Assembly (NCBI GenBank): GCA_003344405.1
Contig: NOWV01000017.1
Coordinates: forward strand, 62,001-126,000
DNA length: 64,000 bases
DNA from: Trichoplax sp. H2
Taxonomy: Eukaryota
Direction: 5' to 3'
Made by a program: the position numbers and the translations under genes. Numbering within the stretch: the first letter of the stretch is position 1; each line of letters opens with the position of its first letter. Under the pieces are notes generated by a model that worked only from the letters and a program-made list of their open reading frames with translations, was not told the DNA's origin and did no database searches. This document shows positions 55,601 to 64,000 of this stretch, piece after piece.

Positions 55601-58600
55601 AATATAGCAATTTTAAAATATTAATAACTACTGTAAAAGATATGAACCAATATAGTATGTTAATCAACAGGATTATAGAGTAATGATAGAAATAGTCACA
55701 ACTATGACTAAAGTTGCTGCAATAAGCGCTTTCCTCTGTCGGTTAAGGAGATTAAACATAAAATATCAAGATCATTCTAGCTAATCAAATGATAATTAAT
55801 AAGCTAGAACTATAAGGATTACTGTACAGTATATTAACTCTTAATGTGATAAATTTTAACGTCATTTTTACCTGCACCATTAGATGTATAGGAAGCGCTA
55901 AATCCACCACGGTTATCTGTTGAACCCAAAGTTGAATCGAAAACAACAATCATTCTATTACCGCTTGAAGTTGTTACAGGGGGTAGATTACCACCACAAT
56001 AATCGACATATGGAGAATCCGTAGTTGATCCACCTAAATAGACTCTAACGTGATGATTAGCAGTGCATCCACCAGAAGTTTGTGGAAAATTAAAATTATT
56101 AAATTGTAATCGCACAGCACGACCAGGTTGAACGGTGATACCCCATGTACAGCGGACATTTAACGGATATCCACCAGGATAATTAGGAGTTGTAATAGCA
56201 CCCGAAGAAGTCGTTAACGTTCCACCGCAAACTAAAGATAAAATAAGATACATTAAGACGTATATACATAAATTTTACAAATCATCAACATTATTTCAAT
56301 TGCATGATTCCAGAAATTATGTATCAGTAAAAATAGTGTCATACAAGGTCTGTTGTTTTTAAGGCGAGTGTTGAAGGGAGTAAATTTATTCTATTTTACA
56401 GCTAAAGATAAAGAACACTCAGTGGCTACTACTGCCTATCTCCTCACCAAAGTTAGTTTGGGCAAAACGAAGGCTAAATCCCTTGTTGGTAATGCTGCTA
56501 TCCGTGACGAAATTAATAAATGCATGATCGCTAGATGAAGTATAGCCAGGAGGTGTACTAGTACCACAATATTTACCAACAAGACGAGCAGAAGCATCTT
56601 TACCATCACGGACCATAACATAATCATTTGGGCAACCAACGCCACCTTGTAAACTAAAATCATTAAAAGTAATGTTCATGGTGTGACCTCTTGTAACTTG
56701 TACGACATAAGAACAGTTTAGATTGTTCTTATAATCATTTGGATAACCATTAGATCTGATTGTGCCCGATTGACCAATTCGATAACCTCCGCAGCCTAAA
56801 TTTGTATATACAACAAGTAGAACCAGATTATATTGCATAAATCGCCTCACTGGTTCAAGTACGAATTTAATTCTACATGTCAATCTATATAGATTTCCTA
56901 ACACTCATAGTATCGAATTTGTTAATTAAAAACTATCTAAAGAAAATTACGAGGCAATGCAGCATATCAGTTTTGCTATTATTGCATTATCGCTACTAAA
57001 CCTTTCAAGTATTTAAATTGTCTATGAATACTAACGTAAAAAGGATATCATAGCTATGGAAAGTTAAGTGGCTTATTATTTTGGCATGGATGGATGTCTT
57101 TAAGCCAGTATTTAAAAAGTATATCATTGCTGCACTCTAGTTAAGACTTTAAGAAGGCATACTGTGTGATAATAATTAATATCTTTCATCCACCCACTAT
57201 TCTATGAAATATTTATCTACGTATCTAAAAGCACTGATTTTTAGCAGACTCAGATATTGACTCAGGCTATGCAACCTACCGAGTGATAATGTCGCCAAAA
57301 ATCCGGTACTAACAATGCCAAAGTTAGATCTAAACTTGATATATATTGAATTATAGGTGGAAGAGACCATGGGTGGTAAGGATGTAGAGCAGAATTTGCC
57401 AAGAAGTGGATCACGCGCGGTTCGTCCATCATGAATTTCAACGTAATCGTTGAAACATTTATTCGATGTTTCTAGCGAGAAATTCTTAAAGTTGATAGCT
57501 ATATTTTCGTTGGCTGGTGCATTGATAGTCCATTCACATTCAACATTAGAGGGATAATTTTGTGGAAACTTAGGTGATGTAATATCAAATGGAGTTGAGC
57601 CGAGAGTAAATGTACCACCGCAAGCTAATTCAGAATAATAAAAAAGAGAGAAAAAACATAATAAAAGATCAAAACCGATGGCGCAAATTAACTAATCCTT
57701 TATAACTAAACAATTTTTTTAAATTAACATATGCAATTATCATGCATACTGTATTATAATACGAGTCTATCATGACATTCGATATAGATTGTAAGCAAAC
57801 TGGAGTAACTTCAAAAGAAATGATGATTTACTAACCCAATTGCTGCCCTTGGTAACTAAGCCTAAAACCAGCTCCTCCTCCAGATGCACCCGAAACAAAG
57901 CGGACAAGCAATTTATTATCAGATGATTGGATTGGCAATGGTGCAGTATCACCACAATAACGACCACCAATGATAGGTGACGATAAAGAATCGCCATTCC
58001 TAAACTCGATATAATCTCCACTACATTTAGAAGTAGTACGTATGTGGAAAGTAGAGAAAGTAACGCGAACAGTACGTCCAACAGTTTGGCTGATAATCCA
58101 GGTGCAGTTGACATTTCTGCCATAAGCACGAGGATAGCCAGGAGATGAAATAGAACCAGCGAATCCAGTTAAAGTACTACCGCAACCTATCAATAGGAAT
58201 CAAATGAAAAGTTTGAGGTGGAATCTTTTGATAAAAGTTTGTACATATCTTTTATATTGATATATAAATGCTAACCTATAGTATAAGATGCATTAAAACC
58301 ACTTTGTGGGGCTCCAAAATTAGAATTAAAAATAAGTAACATTTGGTCGCCTGATGATTGAACTGCTGCTGGTATTTGCGATCCACAGAATTTGCCTAAC
58401 GTTCTTGCAAACGGTGATGTTCCATCCATGACCGTTAAAGAGTCAGCAGGACAATTAGCTCCTCCTTCAAGGTTGAAGGAATTAAAGGTCAAGATAATGT
58501 GATTATAGGATGGGACACGAATAGACCATCTACAAATGACATTGTTAGGGTAATTATTGGGATAATTGGGTGATAGTATCATGCCAGTTGTGTTCGTTAG

Positions 58601-61600
58601 TAAACCACCGCAAGCTAAGTTGAAATATTATACAAAAAATCAACAGTTATCATGAAGTTTTTCACACGATAAATAAATACGTATATCGGATACATATAGG
58701 AAAAATACTTACTAACTATGGATTGATTACTCTGTTGGTATTCCAACTCAAATCCTGTACCAGTATTTACTCTATCGCTGTTAAATCTAATCCAAACTGA
58801 ATTTCCTGATGAAACAATAGGAGAATTCGGAGCATTGCCATCGCAGTATATGCCAAGACGTGGTGTTCCAATAGTAGGCCCATCAAAAATTTCCACGTAA
58901 TCACCAAAGCAACCACTACAGTAGATGCCATAATAGATATTATCAAGTAATCATGAAATTTGATATAGGTATAATTATATATTATTATAAAACAATAAAA
59001 ATTATTGTTCGTTACTAGCTTTAATCACTCTCATGACTAGAATTTTAAACTGTTAAACTAATAAAAACCATACTACAAGATTTACGTAAACGCATCATGT
59101 TATAACATTATATCAGGCTAAACTTACTTAGAACTTCCTCTAACATCAAATGCGTTAAATTTCAAATTAATTCTCACACCAGCCGGGGCCGTAATCTGCC
59201 AATTGCAGAGTTTATTCGTTGGATAGGCATTAGGATAATTTAGTGATTGAATCAATTGAGGCGATGTACTAGCTGTTAGTGCGCTACCACAACCTAAATT
59301 ACAAATTAGCATGAAACAACACTAAATTTTTGTAAGAGCAAAAACACAAATTTTAATATTTATTTTTAGTAGTGATCTACTAAGGGTAAGTCCATCAATT
59401 CCAGCGATTTCTTTACATTCTGTACTGATAGCAACATGTTATGGTCAAGAAAATCTTATATTACCAATGACATAGGAGAGACGAAAACCAGTACCGAAGC
59501 CATTAGCGCTAGTCCTCATATTAACATAGATGTATTGACCAGTTGATGAAAACGTTGCTGGTACGGTAGTACCACAATATTTTCCAAGAACAGTCGCATT
59601 GTTAGAATTGCCATCCCGTACTTCAATATAATCTGTCGCACAATTGTTAGACATGTTAAGTGATACGAAGGAAATCAAAATTGTATCTCCGGCTGGGGCA
59701 TTGATTCTCCAAACGCAATTTACATCTGGAGGATATGTGGTTGGGTACCCAGGAGAATCGATAACACCTCTGTCTCGCGTTAATGTTCCACCGCAGGCTA
59801 GAATGAAAGGAATAAGACAAATACAATTTCTCTTAAAATCAACAATGACAACTTCTATCGAGGATTTTATATGTGAAACACTTACTGTTAAGTTGTGAGC
59901 TATAAACCAATCTAAATCCAGGAGCAGTTACATTTGTGTCAGTTCTAAACATAAGATACAAAGCGTCACCACTTGAAGTAAAAGGCCCAGGCAGGGTAGA
60001 TCCACACAGCTTGGCTAATAACGGAGAGCCCGACGCAGGTCCATTATTAATCTACGGTACAATTTAGACAAATTGATATTAGCCACTTATATACTTAATT
60101 AAGAGCGCACATAACTAAATGTTTAAATATTTGCCACATTCTCTAATATATTATTTCTGATTCAATATCAATATGAATTACTTCATGTGAAAGAGAGTCA
60201 AGATTTGACTTCTATTTCCAACAATACAATAAGCAACAACTACAATTATCGATGATGAGACAACAATTATCTTGTTCCTACTAAATTGTCAGCCAAAAAA
60301 CTATTCGTCCAAGATGGGATCAAGGTAATCGATATATTAACTGTGGTGTGTATCATAGTTATTTAAATGTAATCGAGTACAAAAGAATATGTAAACAAAT
60401 CTCATTCAAATTACTACATCTATAGTAATCTAACTACAGATGATGTAAGCAATTATAATATTTATACAGGTAAATAATAAAATGAAATTAAATACCGTAG
60501 TAGGTATATATTGAACACATTGTAAATTTTTGTACCTGAAGGAAATCTGCTGTACAGCCAGTGCTCTGCTGCAAATTAAAGTTTGTAAACGTTAACGTTA
60601 AAACGAAACCAGGCTGCGTAGTCAATGTCCAAGTACAGAAGCTTCTATTATCATAATTGCTGGGGTAATGAGGAGATGCCAAAACACCACCTTTTGCAGC
60701 ATATAAAATACCGCCGCAGGCTAAGCAAAAAATAAATGTCTTATAAATGAGTAACCTCATGTTTTCCAATTTTTTAAAATAAACTTTAAATTGAAAATTA
60801 GAAATTCTTACAAATGCATATACAGATAAAAATGCTTAATTAACCTGTAGTGTAGGTCGCATGGAAACCTTTAGCTTGAACTGCTTTATTAGAAACAAAC
60901 TTAATCCACATTTTATTACCAAGCGATCTAACCGTTCCCGGTAAATTATGGCCACAGTATCTACCAATTAAAGCGCCTGTCGAAGAATTTTGACGAACTT
61001 CTAGATAGTCATTACTTAATAGAAACATACAGAAAAGATTCATTAAAGGAAGTGAAGATATGACTAAAATAGGCCACCACTGATTCCAAATTGACATAAT
61101 TATTATTTCAATTACAAACTTACCTGCAGACATTATTGGTACCCTCGATGTTAAAACTGTTGAAGCTCAGCTGTACAATGTTGTGCGGACTAACTGTGAT
61201 AGTCCAGATACATTCCTCGTTTGCGCCATAGTTACTGGGATAATTAGGAGATGATAAAGAACCATGACGCGATGTAAAGGCACCACCACATTCTACGGTT
61301 TAAGAATATAACATTTCATATAGTTAAGAAACAATACTTTAACAAGTTCAAGAGACTACAGGCACCATATAGGAATCTAATATCAATACATTATTGCATA
61401 AGCGCAATAGTCAGCTTTAACATTGATTTACAAAACAGTACCACCTACAATAGTCATAAATTGACAATTATCCGTAACTGAGAAAAAATATCTTAGGGAG
61501 AGTAGATACTAGCAGAGGTTCACGACTATGCTTAATTTTACCCAGTAGTAAGGTGGTTAAGTGCCCATAGTTTTCTACGTAGATACAGCATTTACTTATC

Positions 61601-64000
61601 TAGTTCTTTTTAATTACAAAATTTATCGATCCATCAAAACCTACTGGTAGATGTTGTCGTATAAGTTGCATTAAACCCTCTGCCAGCCGTTGGTCCAGAT
61701 AAGAAGAGCAGCCACATACGATTTCCAGATGAAGTTATAGTAAATGGATTTCTATTGTTGCAATAGATTCCAAGTGTAGGACTACTACGACTAAGCCCAT
61801 TATGAACTTCTATGCTCGAAGAGCACGCAGTACCGCCCAATTGGAAGGTACTAAAGCGAACTTGGATTGCTTTACCCAAAGGTGCTTCAATACTGTATTC
61901 ACAACCCACATTCGGTGTATAATTATTGGGATAATTCGGACTACTAAAAGTACCAGAATTTCCAGATAGACGTGCACCGCATACTATAATGTAGCAAAAA
62001 CATGATCATTACAGAATTCAATTTTGACAGATGCCAAACATTACAAAAGAAAGTTGCAATAATTAAATACCTGATGATGTATATGCAAGCCTAAATGTAG
62101 GAGCTTGATTAAAACCATCGCTAAAATATCGTATCCAAACGTTACCACGTGCCGAAGAAGATGTTATTAAGATAGGTGCTGGAACACTTGTTCCGCACAA
62201 CCGAGAAATTAAACCCTTATTAGGATCAGATCCACTTCCTACAGCCAGGAAATCACTGGGGCATCGATTAGTATCTGGCGATGGAACATTAAAATTCGTG
62301 ACTGAAACAGTAACATTTAAATAAAATGGGAGTTGTATTCTCCAAGTACAGTTAACTAGATTGTTAAATGAATTGGGATAATTTGGACTTGCAATAAAAC
62401 CGTTCCTGGCGGTTAATGTTCCACCACAATCTAAAACATCGAATTTTAAATTATAAAAATTGGATAGATAAGCTTTAACAACCTATCTTATATTTATAGA
62501 TTATTGGCTTCTATCCACAGTAATAAATATTACTAATATCATCGCCAGATGTATTGTATAAGATATTATATGCATTCGGTAAACTTAATATTACTGTATA
62601 TTCATAAGCACTCAAAATACAGTATATTGATAAATAAGCTGGTGTCTTACCTCCGGTATATTGCAATCTAAAACCCTTAGAAACTTGATTCCCATCTGAT
62701 CGGAATAAAATTCTGATGTGATTCGAAGTTGATTTAATCAAAGCCGGTTTACTACTTCCACAATAACGTCCAAGTAGCGGAGAGGTAGGATATGAACCAT
62801 CACGAATCTCAACGAAATCATAGCTACAATTAGCATTTTGTTCCAAATCCATATCGGTAAATAATATCTCAAGCTTATTGCCAGGCGGTCTAGCAACCGT
62901 CCACACACAGTCAGTACTAACGCTATAGAAATTAGGATAATTGGGAGAAGTAATAACTCCAGTTGGCGTAGAAAGTGATCCACCGCAAGCTAAAATCAGA
63001 TAAGAGCAATGCAGAAATTTATTTATCTCCGTAAGAATAGGTATAGATCAAAACGAGCTTTCTGGCTAAGCCTTGGACTTCATATCAAATCTGTTATTTG
63101 CTCATAATATTATGAACTTTGTAATTTTTTTTATGCGTATAGAGCATAATGAAACTAAATTGATATCCATTACAAGGACACAATTGCAACATGTTATAAA
63201 TCTGAAATCGTAAAATCTTAATCGAAAAATTATGTTTTGTACTTACTTGACGATGCAGTGGTATAAGTCAAGCTGAATCCGGTGTCCGTTAAGAATACAC
63301 TGGATCGAAATAGAATGTAGAGACTGTTGCCACGCGATATTAAATAAGGTGGCAATGTTTTACCGCAGAATGCCCCGAGTACGGGAGAATTAACATTAGG
63401 CCCATTATATACTGTAACACCTTCAAAGATACAATTGCTAAATCCTACAGAGAAATTTGAAAATGATAGAGAAATCTGTTGCCCAGTAGGCACTGTTATT
63501 AACCAAGCACAACGAGCTCCACGAGGATATTGATTGGGGAAATTAGGGGAAGTAATAACGCCAGTTGGACTTGTAAGATCGCCACCACATGCTATAAAAG
63601 TTGATACATGAAGTACGTAATCATTATAGCCATTATCAGGTTAAGCATTTCTGTATAATATTTATAATTGAATCTCGCATTATTTACCTTTCTCAAAGTC
63701 GAGAATCTTATAATTCACTGAAAAACCATTACTTGTAACATTGCTATCTGACGTAAAAGATAGTCTAGCAACATTACGTGTTGAAGTAAAAACTGGCGGT
63801 ATATTATTGCCACAATAGCTTGGACCTTGGACTGTGTTTGGATTAAATGATCCAACATCGTAGATTATTACTTTATCAGCTGAACAGTTACTAGAAGCAT
63901 GAAATTAAAAAGGTGAGCTTAAAGTTTCATATATAATTTAACAGTAAATTTTAATATATTTACGTGTATTCTATTAGGTTATTCCTAGATATCTAAGTAA
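49686..64000 (-). CDS. CUBN: Cubilin-like multi-CUB-domain protein, 3' portion (5' end beyond the window)
   Basis: About 22 complete CUB domains plus one partial (CGG..G.I.SPNYP.NY....C.W.I....C..DY.E..DG.....G.YCG...P....S....F.SD....GF...Y), each bounded by phase-1 introns. The protein ends GFRLTYTTT* with no TM segment, as in cubilin. The N-terminal EGF repeats are not in the window, so orthology is not proven. Confidence 0.8.

Overview
AT-rich, gene-dense eukaryotic genomic DNA with many short GT-AG introns. Gene content and style suggest an early-branching animal, most plausibly a placozoan (Trichoplax-like); this is inference. The supplied ORF track is mostly exon fragments or spurious ORFs, so gene models were rebuilt by hand from splice sites. 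Nine protein-coding genes are supported: LZTFL1 (+), an intronless O-fucosyltransferase-family protein (-), a STRAD-like pseudokinase (-), a PH + 7xRCC1 protein resembling the N-terminal half of plant PRAF/RLD proteins (+), eIF4B (-), a FYCO1-like coiled-coil/FYVE/GOLD protein (+), SNX4 (+), TIMELESS/Timeout (-), and the 3' part of a cubilin-like gene with about 23 visible CUB domains (-). Non-coding features include a 7 x ~130-bp tandem array with internal inverted repeats, several local duplications, a 67-bp near-perfect palindrome and dense TACAGTA/TACTGTA clusters. The most notable observations are the plant-like PH-RCC1 architecture in an animal, a STRAD that keeps the VAIK lysine and HRD aspartate and has a duplicated C-terminal MO25-binding-type tail, and LZTFL1-FYCO1 microsynteny resembling human 3p21.31. 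No prokaryotic-type system, CRISPR array or autonomous transposon was found. All family assignments are by recognition from memory, not database search.
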